From assembly GCA_043741945.1 (NCBI GenBank), contig JAYTZT010000001.1, positions 152,559 through 216,558 of the forward strand: 64,000 bases of DNA. The letters run 5' to 3'. Positions 23,243 through 34,247 of the stretch are shown in pieces. The position numbers were made by a program, and so were the translations under genes. Within the stretch, counting starts at the first letter, position 1; each line of letters opens with the position of its first letter. The stretch comes from Candidatus Altimarinota bacterium (GTDB taxonomy: Bacteria; Patescibacteriota; Gracilibacteria; BD1-5; UBA2023). The notes beneath the pieces were generated by a model. The model worked only from the letters and a program-made list of their open reading frames with translations, ran no database searches and was not told where the DNA came from.

Positions 23243-23848
23243 ATGACCAAACAATTCATCGTCCAAGATCCCTATTTTGAAAAAGCTAAAAAACTCGGAT
23301 ATAGAGCAAGAAGTGCCTTCAAACTTCTCGAAATCCAAGAAAAATATAATGTCATCAGTCCCAAAATGAATGTTCTCGATATAGCAGCAGCTCCTGGAAG
23401 TTTTCTCCAGGTGATAGCTAAAATAATCGAACCACAGTACAAGGTTGTAGGTATAGATATTCAGAAAATTGATCCTAATTTTGGCCACCCAAATATTCAT
23501 CTTCTACAGGAAAGTATATTTGAATATGAGAAAGTACGATCCTATCTGGATTCACTGGGAATCGGACAATTTGATCTGATCACTTCAGATATCGCCCCAT
23601 CAACTACTGGTATGACAGGTGTAGACCAATATCGATCGGTAGAACTCAATCTAGCAATTCTCAATGTTGTGAAGGTATTTCTGAAAAAGTGAGGTAATCT
23701 CGTACTAAAGGTATTCGTAGGCGAAGATATCAATGACCTCATGTGACCCCTCAAAGAGAATTTCATCAAAGTAAACCGATTTAAACCAAAAGCCTGTCGC
23801 GAGCGAAGTTTTGAAGAATACTTTGTCTGTATAGGGAAAAAAGACTAG
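23243..23848 (+). CDS. rlmE: 23S rRNA (uridine-2'-O)-methyltransferase RlmE/FtsJ
   Basis: YRARSAFKLLEIQEKY, VLDIAAAPGSFLQV, DLITSDIAPSTTG; continues through TGA 23690 and 23741 (GGNLVLKVFVGED...KPKACRERSFEEYFV) to TAG 23846-23848. Confidence 0.88.
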
Positions 23849-23860
23849 TCTATAGTATGA

Positions 23861-24487
23861 CTATAACCAATCAACTATATCAGTGATTTCCTGACTTGTA
23901 ATTGTATGCTCAGCATTATAAAGTTTCAGAGTCGGTTCAATTCCGATATCACGAACAAATTGTGTTGTTAACTTACTGGCACCTATGTGTATCATTCTAT
24001 CCTCCGTTCCATGTCAGATAAATACTCGTTTTGTACTGTATTTTGTCTGATCTATATCCGAAACATCGATCTCAGATAAGAGACGACCAGAAAGAGCGAT
24101 AATCCCACCGATGAGCTCAGGAGACTTCCAGAGCGTATAGTAGGACATGATTGCTCACTGACTGAATCCCATGAGATATATCTGTTCTGAACTGATACCA
24201 TATTGTTCCATCACTTCCCTGATATATGCAGTGATATGTTCATATGCCTTATTAATATGAGTCGTATCATAAACGGGCTTCCCAGTAGAAAAATCAACAG
24301 GAAACCAAGCATATCTGCCACCTCCGAGGTCAAATGGTCATCTCAGAGAGAATACATAGTATTCTTCTGAAAAGTTCTTCTCTAGAGCAAACAAATCCGC
24401 TTCATTGGATCATACCCCATGGAGCATGATGATACACTTGGATTTCTCCGTTGTGTGTGATGGGATGCGGGAGAGAGAATTAGTCAT
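23861..24487 (-). CDS. phospholipase/carboxylesterase-family alpha/beta hydrolase
   Basis: Absent from the ORF track because of four TGA codons. ATG 24485-24487 to TAG 23861-23863 (208 aa). CIIMLHGVGSNEADL, nucleophile elbow GFSQ(TGA=G)A, and IGHGTEDRMI. Confidence 0.75.
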
Positions 24488-24532
24488 GTAGAGTTAGTTA
24501 ATCTGGGTGAATCGCTGGTTCTGTTGTCGGTA

Positions 24533-24751
24533 TTACTCGATGATATCATACCAGAGTGAGAATGGTCGGGTGACGAACTCATATCAATACGCCCAGCTCT
24601 CAGGTAGCACAGGATAGAGTAGACGGTATACTGCCATATCTTCCTGAGTTTCGGAGTGTCGAGCAATACCGATCACTTCATAGGCATGATCGATTCATCC
24701 GATGAATTTGTAGTGACGCCAGTGGGAATGTGGGATTGGTTTATTTTGCAT
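24533..24751 (-). CDS. DUF1653-family small protein
   Basis: 72 aa with two TGA codons: WRHYKFIGGIDHAYEVIGIARHSETQEDMAVYRLLYP...TRPFSLW matches the DUF1653 pattern (YRHYKG..Y.V...A.HSET.E..VVY..LY). Confidence 0.6.
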
Positions 24752-25202
24752 ACAAAAAAGCATCTTTAACAATAGAATCAAATCACTCTCTCCACCCTAC
24801 TATTGTGGGCATCTCGTTCTCAGTTATCCAACGAAACTCTGCGTGTTCATGACTCAGACTCAAAGAAAAATCATCAGGAATCTCATGTAAATAGCAGAGA
24901 AACATAAAGGGAACTTTTTTATCCGAAAAAGTAGTATCTTCATAAGATTTATAGACCATGAATAATTGAGGATCTGACAAGAGGATATTATAATCACTTC
25001 AGAGTTCCTCTCTGAGTTCTCGTGCCAGAGATTCTATAGGCGAAAGATTATAATCTGCCTTACTGATTTTACCACCAGGAAGTTCCCACCACAATGGCTT
25101 ACCTGGTCTATTCTCTGATAAGATCAGGATCTTTCCATTCTTGGAAAGACAGCATTTGGTAGCAACAAAGAATGTTTCTTCGGTCAAAAATGGATCGTAC
25201 AT
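24741..25202 (-). CDS. Nudix hydrolase
   Basis: Nudix box GGKISKADYNLSPIESLARELREEL(TGA=G). ORFs 24999..25202 and 24783..24980 share a frame. Ends at TAA 24741-24743, overlapping the DUF1653 start by 11 nt. Confidence 0.8.
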
Positions 25203-25217
25203 ACAGTAGACAATTAA

Positions 25218-27035
25218 TTATTTCTCCAGCACTGCCTTGATCCTGCGTACTCCTGCTGATGAAGATTCCTCCTTCACAATTCGGAATTTTCCCATTTCGA
25301 GAGAGTTTTCTACATGAGGTCCTCCACATAACTCCCGGGAGTATATAGTACCATCATCTCCTACCATGGAATATACCTTGACAATATCTGGATATTTTTC
25401 CCAGAAAGCCCCAGAGACTCCTGCTAATTGAGCTTCTTTTTTGTCCATATTCGAGATCGTCACGGCAAGACCCGAGGAGATAGCCCGATTCACATATTCC
25501 TCTACTTGTTGTATCTGTTCTGGTGTCATCTTCTCAGAGTGAGTGAAGTCAAATCTGAGTCGTTCAGCCGTGATGTTGGATCCAGCCTGATAGACGTGGG
25601 TACCGAGTATCTGCCTGAGTCACTCGAGCATGAGATGACATGCAGAGTGGAGAGCCACGGTTTCGGGAGAATTGTCTCCGAGTCCTCCGACAAACTTGCC
25701 TGCTGAAGCTGTCCGAGAGAGTTCTTGATGCTTCTGAAATGCAATATCAAATCACTCAGTATCCACTGTAAGACCCTTTTCTTTTGCTAGTTCAACAGTC
25801 ATCTCTAGTGGGAATCCATACGTATCAAATAACGTAAAAGCCTTTCCGCCTGATATTTGTGTGATGGATTGTCCACTTCGTTCGAATGCAATCTTGAAAC
25901 CACTGACGATTTTATCGAACTCTTTTACTCCATCTTTGAGAGTTTTAGAGAACTTCCCTTCCTCTATCGAGAGCTCATTTTTTATTTTCTCTGCATTGTC
26001 TCGTACGCTGTCATAGATAGGAGCAAATTGCTCGATATACATAATAGCGATATCAGATGCAAATGCCTGCTCATATCCCATCTTATAAGCCTCACGGATT
26101 GCCCGGCGAATGAGTCTACGAAGTATATACCCTTGATCCACATTCTTCGGAGTGACACCATCTGCAATCATATGTGTAGCAGTCCGGAGATGATCTGCGA
26201 TAATACGAGCTGACCGCTCTATATAGTTTGTTTCTCATACAATTTCCTTGATCTTCTGTAAGATGTGAGCAAATGAATCTGTCTCATATACACTCTTCAT
26301 ATTATTGATAGTGACAGCACATCTCTCTATACCCATACCAGTATCTACACATTGTGCTGGAAGTATATTGAGAGTATTGGAATCAACACGATTATATTGC
26401 ATGAATACATTATTCCAGATCTCCATCCATAGTTTTGGGTGTGTTCTAACATTGGATCCTATAGGTGGTTCCCCCTGTCCCATATAATAGAATATCTCAG
26501 TATCTGGGCCACAAGGCCCTGTTGGACCTGCCGCCCACCAATTATCCTCCGCTGGCAGATACGAGATACGATCTGTTGAGATACCAATTGATTTCCAGAT
26601 AACAGCTGATTCTTCGTCTCGTGGTGCATTGCTATCTCACTCGAATACTGTCACAGCTATCATAGCTGGATCGATTCAGAGCCACTCAGGCGATGTGAGA
26701 AATTCCCAACTCATTTCTATCGATTCCTTTTTGAAATAGTCACCCAGTGACCAATTCCCGAGCATTTCAAAAAATGTCAGATGCGTGTCATCACCCACAT
26801 CATCGATATCTCCTGTTCGCACACATTTCTGGACATCAGCAAGTCTTCGACCAGACGGGTGTGGCTCTCCCAAAAGATACGGAATGAGAGGTTGCATACC
26901 CGCAGTATTAAATAGTACAGACGGATCATTCTCAGGAACCAGTGGAGCTGATGGGATTATAGCATGACCCTTGGTACGGAAAAAGTCGAGATATTTTTGG
27001 CGAATGGTGGATACGAGGATAGGAGACATAATCAA
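25218..27035 (-). CDS. alaS: alanine--tRNA ligase, short form (about 605 aa) ending after the editing domain
   Basis: Four same-frame ORFs (26676..27035, 26235..26483, 25752..26171, 25218..25529). N-terminal [30 protein letters not shown] and FEMLGNWS. Editing-domain HSACHLML and C-terminal CGGPHVENS...GVRRIKAV, then TAA. Gap 25530..25751 checked for stops. Confidence 0.92.
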
Positions 27036-27113
27036 AGTGATAAGGGTAATAGGAAGATTATATGGAAAAATCCGAAAAATCCACTCAATATTCTAGTAAT
27101 AGAATGTAAGAGA

Positions 27114-27668
27114 TTATTTTGAAATCAAGAACTTGGATCTACGAGCATATAGCAAAATAGCGAGTACAGAACTGATAATTCCTACGCATATGCCAGCGAT
27201 TATATCAGTTGAATAGTGAACTTGCAAATAGAGACGAGATAGCATCACACCAATTGCAAGGATCCAAATAACTATAACAGATCACTGAGATTGTCTCCAA
27301 AAAAAATATGTAAAAAGAATAGCAAAACACCAAGAAATACTCGTATGACCGGAAGGAAAAGACGAAGTAATAGGTTCAGGTATCTTGAGAACAATACTCG
27401 ATAATTCTTGAAATGGACGAGGTCTATTAAAAATATGTTTGAGTATCCCCTCTCCAAGGAGTATATCAGTACTCAGTCAGATCAGAATAACATACCCTAT
27501 AGAGCGATATCGAGCACATAAAATCAGAAAAATTGTCAAAAAAAACCATAGAAATCCACGGTCTCACATGTGGGTCAAAAAAATCATTATACTATCGAGT
27601 ATATCTGTATGAAAGGTGCCAATTTGTAAAATGAGCCACTGATCGAGTTGATTGATATAGTTAAGCAT
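27114..27668 (-). CDS. PAP2-family phosphatase (undecaprenyl-diphosphatase/BcrC-like)
   Basis: Frame differs from track ORF 27272..27457. Motifs KHIFNRPRP, SFPSGHTS and SRLYLQVHYSTD. Start at ATG 27666-27668 (MLNYINQLDQWLILQI), ends at TAA 27114-27116. Confidence 0.8.
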
Positions 27669-28233
27669 ATTTTTAAATTTTTTCTGGATGTCATAATATG
27701 GATATGGGAATCCGAATCCCCAACGAAAGGTGGTAGGGAGTCCGGGGTTTCAACCAAATAGTACTCAAGCGAACATCCAATTTTCCCTGAAATCATGTCA
27801 TTTCTCGGCAATATAAGCATAAAGATTGGCATGGGCAACGAGTTTTTTTAGAGGGCTTATCATTGCCAATAGGCTCGATCATGTGCTTCAGAACAATCTC
27901 TAAAATCATCATCTTCGTAGAGCGTACAGCCATCGGAACTATAAGGATATAGTATATCAATACTATTATTATGGCGTGTAAAAACTACGCTAATAAAAAG
28001 GATTACAAAATGTAATATGAGTGCTGCTCAAATAGCGAGAATACAATAACTGAGATAATTAACATAGACGTATATTTATTTTTTTGCATATGCTGAATTT
28101 TTCTATCAATTAAAATGGTATTAAAAAGTCAAAAGGAGAAACGAACTCAGAAAATGATATTCTATATAAAGAGAAACACAATGTAGGATTATTAATTTTA
28201 TATTGACATAATAATTATATACAATTTATATAT

Positions 28234-28264
28234 AAAAAAACTCCCAAATTTGGAAGTTTTTTTG
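28234..28264 (-). terminator. rho-independent terminator downstream of rplL
   Basis: AAAAAAACTCCCAAATTTGGAAGTTTTTTT: a 7-bp stem with one mismatch, flanked by A and T runs (could act on either strand). Confidence 0.55.
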
Positions 28265-28333
28265 TTGAATCCGTAACTTTCATTCGGGATCAGTATTTTG
28301 TATCTCACTATGAAACACACTGAGATAAAATAC

Positions 28334-28708
28334 TTATTTGATCTCAACAGTTGCTCCAGCATCAGTAAGTTGAGTCTTAATTTTCTCAGCCTCATCTTTT
28401 TTGACACCAATCTTGACATTACCACCATTATCAGCGAGTCCTTTTGCCTCAGCAAGTCCAAGACCCGTGATCTCACGGATTGCTTTGATAACTGCGATCT
28501 TCTGTCCTCCAGCAGAAGTGAGAACAACATCGAATGCTGTTTTCTCATCATCACCAGCAGCGGCAGCAAGACCGGCAGCAGCTACAGGAGCAGCAGCAGA
28601 AACTCCAAATTTCTCCTCCATTGCAGAAACAAGATCAGCGAGCTCGACGATCGTGAGAGCCTCGACGAGTTCCATAATCTTCTCAGCATTCTTAGATAAA
28701 TCAGCCAT
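28334..28708 (-). CDS. rplL: 50S ribosomal protein L7/L12
   Basis: [41 protein letters not shown]...[18 protein letters not shown]...ATVEIK. Start at the internal ATG 28706-28708 of ORF 28334..28759. Confidence 0.95.
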   Translation of the reverse strand: MADLSKNAEKIMELVEALTIVELADLVSAMEEKFGVSAAAPVAAAGLAAAAGDDEKTAFDVVLTSAGGQKIAVIKAIREITGLGLAEAKGLADNGGNVKIGVKKDEAEKIKTQLTDAGATVEIK

Positions 28709-28794
28709 AATAGAAAAAATAAAAAAATAAATATATTTACCGAGATTCTCACCTCGCACCTATCCGCTAGAGCGGACAGGATGCCAGATAACAA

Positions 28795-29472
28795 TTAGGC
28801 AACGGGAGTATCTTCTACCTTTGGATCCTCAAGTACTGGAACGTCTATTGTTGCAACAGTATCTACTACTGGAGACTCAGGAATAATAACTACTTCTGGA
28901 GTTGATTCAACTTTTGGAATATCTACCACTGAGGTAGCGGAGATGAGATCACCCACTTTCGTGAGAGATTTGGCAGTGAGATCCTTGCCTGCAGCGTCAA
29001 AAAATCGAGCAAGACCAGAAAGAGGAGACATAAGAGATCCAAGGAGTTTCGCAAGGAGAACTTCTCGAGATGGGAGAGTTGCTAGTTTCGCAGTTTCGCT
29101 CGCACCCATAAGTCGACCTTCCATATATCCTGCTACGAATGTCATTTTCTGTTCTTTTTTCCAATCATTTGCAAATTTGTTTGCAATAGAATATGGAGTG
29201 AGAGCATCACCTTTTGCTATAACGAGACCAACTTGACCTGGAAGAGTAGCAAGATCTACATCAACGCCGTATACGGTCTTGAACGCGATACGAATAAGAG
29301 TCTTCTTTGCAGTGAGATATATTGCATCACTTGCACGGAGATCTTTTTTGAGAGCAGAGATTTCGAGAACAGTTACTTTGGTATTAGAGGTGAATGCAAC
29401 ACTCGTAGCCGTCTTGAGGTGAGCTTCGATGACAGCGAGTTGTTCGCTCTTTTTTGCTTTTGATACAGCCAT
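28795..29472 (-). CDS. rplJ: 50S ribosomal protein L10 with an acidic/Pro-Val-rich C-terminal extension
   Basis: Uninterrupted ORF immediately upstream of rplL. L10-like N-terminal two thirds (AVIEAHLKTATSVAFTSNTKVTVLEISALKKDLR...). Confidence 0.9.
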   Translation of the reverse strand: MAVSKAKKSEQLAVIEAHLKTATSVAFTSNTKVTVLEISALKKDLRASDAIYLTAKKTLIRIAFKTVYGVDVDLATLPGQVGLVIAKGDALTPYSIANKFANDWKKEQKMTFVAGYMEGRLMGASETAKLATLPSREVLLAKLLGSLMSPLSGLARFFDAAGKDLTAKSLTKVGDLISATSVVDIPKVESTPEVVIIPESPVVDTVATIDVPVLEDPKVEDTPVA

Positions 29473-29686
29473 ATGAGATGATGATTAGAGAGATAATACT
29501 TCTCGCGAATGGCAAAAAAAATCGTGCCATATCGCACGAACAGAATCAATTTTGGTTTTTGGCCATAGATTATAGGTTGTTTCCAACTCATAACGAATAA
29601 CTCATAACAAATAACTATTATGTCCATCTCGGTAGGGTATTTTTATTGCGGTAAAGCAACCTACGGTCTGCGATAGAAGTGAGTGG
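29473..29686 (-). promoter_or_regulatory. putative rplJ (L10) leader with an attenuator-like hairpin
   Basis: About 210 nt of untranslated leader between the promoter-like hexamers and the rplJ ATG. On the minus strand CGTGC-GATATG-GCACG (29523..29538) is followed by a run of nine T (29513..29521). Confidence 0.4.
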
Positions 29687-29713
29687 ATTATAGCGAAAAA
29701 TTCTGTTTGTCAA
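29687..29713 (-). promoter_or_regulatory. sigma70-like promoter candidate for rplJ-rplL
   Basis: The minus strand reads TTGACA-aacagaatttttcgc-TATAAT. Both hexamers are consensus, but the spacer is only 15 nt. Confidence 0.45.
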
Positions 29714-29742
29714 AAGATTTTTTGTATATATACTCACAATCT

Positions 29743-31614
29743 ATGAAAAAATGATTATTCTTCATCTGTTTTATTTTTCTGGCAATTGTCACCTTTTTTG
29801 TCATAGGTGTTTATAATACAGTACATCAAAAAACCAATCTCGAATACGGGCATATTCTCTTATATGATCGATCCAGAATGGTCATCACAGATAAGTGAAG
29901 ATCTGGTGGATATGGTCTTCCATATACTGGATCGCTTGAAACTGAATTAGTGAGAGATATATTACTTGTAGAAGATGCTCGTTTTTATGAACATAGTGGG
30001 ATCAATCTTAGTGCCAAAATCGCAAGTATATATCAGAATATCCGAGCAGGTTCAGTAGTGCGAGGTGGCTCTACTATAACAGAACAGTATGTGAAAAATA
30101 TCTACTATAGTAATAACTCTCGGACTATATTACAAAAGATCCGTGAAGCTCTCGGTGCTCTCTTCATAGAGAGTAGATCCACAAAAGACGAAATACTCAG
30201 ATGATATCTCTGAAGTGTTTATATGGGCAAGGGTCTCTATGGGATAGCAACTATTATAGGAAGTGAATCTGACGATGATACTATTCTCGATATCATCACG
30301 AGATTGCGATTTCCCAATATTTCAGACTCTAACAAAGATATAGTTCTCGGATATCGAACTAGGGTCAGTGAGAAAATCGGTAAAAAATGAAAAAATAAAT
30401 CCACCTGAGAAAATAGTATAAAAAAATCTATCGATCTCTTCCCTATTCTCACAAACCGAGTCGATAGAGAGATATCCGCATATTGCAATGGTAGTGCAAA
30501 TACCCTAAAAAAATGGACTAAATCTATCCCATCAGATATGTGTGAATCGAGAGAAGTAAATCTCACCCTCACTATATCTAAAAGTCTGATGGATGAGTCA
30601 CTGCGTATAGCTAGATGAGTACTCAAATCCCTTGAATCCAAAAATGTCACCAATTCGTCTATCTATATCACGGATCCTCGGTCAGATACAATTCTTGCCT
30701 ATATCGGGAATGCGAGTGCTACCGAACAGATCGATATGATCACGAGACGAAGATCCGTCGGTTCTCTCCTGAAACCCCTCATATATCTGATGGCATTGCA
30801 AAAATGAACCGATGCAGAGGACTATCTTCTCGACGACAAGGCGAGCTATGAGACGAGTACAGAGTGAAAATACTTTGTTCCAGAAAACTATAACCCAAAA
30901 TCATATGGACCGATTCGCCTCCGTGAAGCTCTCGGTAACTCACTCAATGCGGCTACTGTCAGGCTCACTGATACCCTCGGTATATCACAGGTCTATGATT
31001 TTCTCAGGAATCATGGACTCTCTCTCGATCACGATACAGGATACTATGGATATGGTATATCACTCGGTACAGTAGAAACGTCGATGGAGAATATCGTAGA
31101 TACCTATAGGACTCTCCTTGACTATAGCAATGCGGATATCTGGCAGATTGGACAGATACTCTCAGATCCTCGGAATCGAGCTCATACTTTTGGTATATCC
31201 AGTATTCTCAATACCTCGATACCGATGTCAGTAAAAACAGGTACAAGTACAGACTTCCGTGATAACTGGACTCTCTCCTACTCAGCTGATGCGATTATAT
31301 GAGTCTGGGTCGGTAATAGTGATGGATCACCCATGTGAGATGTCTCAGGTGTGAGCTGAGCCTGACCAATCTGGAAAGCGATCACGGAGTATATGATCAA
31401 AAATGGAACCCTGCGGACAAATAGATTTCCTATACCAAATTGACTCCATCAGATTCCAATATGCTTGGATACTGGTTGTTTGCGAAAAGAACTCCTCTAT
31501 AGTAAAAAATCCGAGAGTCCTCGGAGTCGACCGAGTGAATGAGTTTATTTTCGATCTGATTTTTTTGGGAATGTATCCAGTGAAGAGATAGAGAGATGGA
31601 ATATCCAAAAGTAG
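29743..31614 (+). CDS. class A penicillin-binding protein (glycosyltransferase 51 + transpeptidase)
   Basis: ATG 29743 with an N-terminal TM anchor. GT51 motifs EDARFYEHSGIN and RGGSTITEQYVKN. Transpeptidase motifs SVGSLLKP (SxxK), GNSLNAA (SxN) and VKTGTS (KTG). Frame checked through 30181..30960 and at the 3' end; ends at TAG 31612-31614. Confidence 0.9.
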
Positions 31615-31731
31615 AAACCCATTGGTGGTATTAAGGTATATAAAAAAACAAGAGGAAATTTAAAAAAATATAAATTTTCTTCTTGAAAATGATATCTGTT
31701 GCAAATTCTCTATTTTCTCTATAATTCCTCC

Positions 31732-32274
31732 ATGATAATAACACTTTGATGACATCATGGAGGTGGCAAGAGTACCCTAGGGGTTCGTCTAGCAGAGCAT
31801 TATGGATACAAGCGGTATTCAACAGGAGACTTCATGCGAGGACTTGCTCTAAAGCGATGAGTATCTATTATAGATATCAATCGCGAAGCAGAAACAGATG
31901 GTGGAATCATCGATACTATACTCGACGATCGACAACGAGATCTTTGAAAAATTGAAAACAATTTTATTATTGATGGTAGACTCGCATTTCATTTTATCCC
32001 TCACGGAATCAAGATATTTCTCACAGTTACACCAGAAGAGGCTGCTCATAGGATATTTGCGGATCAGACTCGTCAAGGATTAGAAACGCATTATACGATC
32101 GAGCAAACGATAGAAAATATAGAGACACGTCGAAAAAGTGAGAACGAGAGGTATATAAAATATTATGGACTCCATATCTATGATATGTGACTCTATGATA
32201 TCGTAATAGATACAAGTAGTCGGACTCCAGAAGAAATATTTGATATAGTAATCCAGACTATACATGAACTATAA
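31732..32274 (+). CDS. cytidylate kinase-like P-loop nucleotide kinase
   Basis: MIITL(TGA)(TGA)HHGGGKSTLG Walker A. The whole frame was checked (five TGA codons), ending at TAA 32272-32274. Confidence 0.6.
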
Positions 32275-33019
32275 AAATAAAAACACACTCACCCAAAAAC
32301 TCGGAAACAATGCATTCGCATGGGATAAGAGAAATCATAAACTGAGTCATTCTCCTATTCTCACTATTCCTGCATGTATAAAATGAACTCTAGTAGATGT
32401 GCACATCTGAGAAGATATTGTTTTCGAAGAGATCGAAGATGGTATACTCAGATCATGTGTTTGACTCGAGAATTTTGTGCAATTGAGTGAGAATATAGTA
32501 GTATTTGATAATCACAATCATGCCCTCTACTTCTGGTGTGATGCGGTAAGAAGATGAATACTTGAAACAGGATTTGAACTCATACATATTGATGAACACT
32601 CGGATCTCTGGGACAATGAGAATCATCTGGATCTGGGTAGATCCATCCTCGATAGCGAATATACTTGGGAATTTACCAATCTCTCCTGCAATGTTGGTAA
32701 TTATATACTCCCCACTATAGAATCTGGGCTTGTTGGAAATATGATCCGCATCGAAAATGAATACCAGATAGATGCCTATATGAACTATATACCGAGTTCG
32801 AATAGCGTACTCAATCTCGATATCGATATATTTGCTCCTGAACTCGATCATATCCCAAGTGAGAAAAAAATAAGAATCATCAAAAACTTGATACAAAGAG
32901 TAAAATATATTACAATAGCAACATCTCCCTATTTTATAGAACAATGAATCGCCATACAAAAACTACACCAAATATTTGATGATCTGAACTCTTACCCTCT
33001 AAATGAGAAACTTGGCTAA
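32264..33019 (+). CDS. UPF0489-like protein (possible metal-dependent hydrolase fold)
   Basis: ATG 32264 overlaps the preceding gene by 11 nt. Frame checked. Includes ORF 32741..32947. Motifs VVFDNHNHALYFW, LIHIDEHSDLW and VLNLDIDIF resemble the UPF0489 pattern, from memory only. Confidence 0.45.
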
Positions 33020-33027
33020 TTGTAGCC

Positions 33028-33285
33028 ATGCGAATTGCCAAAATTATAAGCAATGACTTCCAAAAAAATAAGCGACCTTTTTCATTAGATATTCTCCATG
33101 AGGACGAGTCCCATATGATGTTTTTGGAATCTTTTATCTGAGATGAGGAAAAATCTCCCACACGCACAGGATTATCAGATTGAGAAATGAGTTCTATAAT
33201 AGATCTCATCCTTATATACAAACAGTTAGTATCTTCAAATTTTGAAGGGCAAGAGTTAGAAAACTATCTAAGAAAGATTCTTTAA
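33028..33285 (+). CDS. small acidic hypothetical protein (85 aa)
   Basis: ATG 33028 to TAA 33283-33285 with two TGA codons. Competes with antisense ORF 32934..33221. Preferred for protein-like composition and same-strand context. Confidence 0.4.
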
Positions 33286-33608
33286 AAAAATATGACTCTT
33301 TAGTAATTTTGCTCTTCATCTTCTCTTTTTTTTCGCATACTCTCATCGAATTTTTTGATATGATCAGTCTGATGATGGCCATGAGGTGGATGTTGCATAT
33401 GAACAGTATTCAATTCTCGAGATTCTCATTTCTCAGAACTCGCCTCTACGAACGTATAAGAACCAAAAATTCCTCATACGAAAATAACTGTAGCGATACA
33501 TATAATTTTCATACCATTATATTACCACATATTTATATATTGACAATTATTATTATTAGTTTTTTATAAAATATAGACTTTTAGGGAGTTTCTCATATAA
33601 TCTAAGCC

Positions 33609-34058
33609 ATGTGAACCCTAGTCAATAAAACCATTATAGAAAATAAGAAAGCTCTCTTTGATTACGAAGTCATAGAGGAATTTGAGGCTGGAATAGTGCT
33701 CATAGGAAGTGAGGTCAAGAGTATCCGCAATGGAAGTGCGAATCTAAAATGAGCCTATATCACACTCCACTCCGGAAAACCAGTACTTGTATGATGTCAT
33801 ATCTCAGAATACAAAGGCAGCACTGGTATAATAACGGATCCCAAGCGAGAACGACTCATCCTCATGTCGAAAAAAGAAATCCTTAGACTCTCACAAAAAG
33901 TCAAAGAAACCAGTGCTACTCTGATTCCCATGAGTATATATTCGAAATGAAATATCTTTAAGGTGAGAGTTGCTCTCGGCAAATGACGCAAAAAATGGGA
34001 GAAAAAAAATCTCCTCAAGGAGAGAGATTTAGATCGAGAAAATCGAGTTCATTTTTAA
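33609..34058 (+). CDS. smpB: SsrA-binding protein
   Basis: M(TGA)[40 protein letters not shown]...[15 protein letters not shown]...ALGK(TGA)RKKWEK. Frame checked end to end, ending at TAA 34056-34058. Confidence 0.92.
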
Positions 34059-34247
34059 AATAAAATAAAAGTTTATGATTTCGATTGAATTTTTCTGCCA
34101 TTATGAAAAATGAGAGAGAAATCTTCCATATAATAATACTATAATTTGAAGATTCCTCATCGTCAATTACCGAGACAGAATGACTCGCTCGAAATGACAC
34201 TATTTTTATACAAAGACTCCATTCTTAGCTTTTTTTCCTATTTTTAT

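Noticed and set aside
27587-27933. ORF 27587..27838 (83 aa) and an overlapping 86-aa Cys-rich ORF (ATG 27931-27933 to TAA 27673-27675) upstream of PAP2.
   Set aside because: Three frames are partly open here and none has a recognisable motif or convincing composition. Reported only as an unresolved region.
28401-28730. Plus-strand Ala/Ser-rich ORF of 109 aa.
   Set aside because: Exact antisense of rplL, whose identity is unambiguous.
31699-31734. Possible leaderless mRNA for the CMP-kinase-like gene (TTGCAA ... TATAAT only 7 nt before the ATG).
   Set aside because: The spacer between the hexamers is only 15 nt, and such hexamers arise easily in AT-rich DNA. There is not enough evidence to report it.
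32453-32959. Minus-strand ORF of 168 aa (MYGDSLFYKIGRCCYCNIFY...).
   Set aside because: It is antisense to the plus-strand gene 32264..33019, which has conserved-looking motifs (DNHNHALYFW, HIDEHSDLW, LDIDIF). Its own sequence is Ile/Tyr/Phe-rich without features.
33300-33500. 66-aa minus-strand ORF with a His-rich stretch (HMQHPPHGHHQTDH) after a short hydrophobic N-terminus.
   Set aside because: It is short, has no motif, and has competing ORFs on the other strand. My first reading also contained a frame error, which shows how fragile the call is. Not reported as a feature.
33520-34247. Looked for a tmRNA (ssrA) or tRNA gene flanking smpB.
   Set aside because: No GGGG...acceptor/T-arm (GGTTCGA.TCC...CCA) signature was found by eye on either strand. 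The flanks are AT-rich promoter-like sequence.
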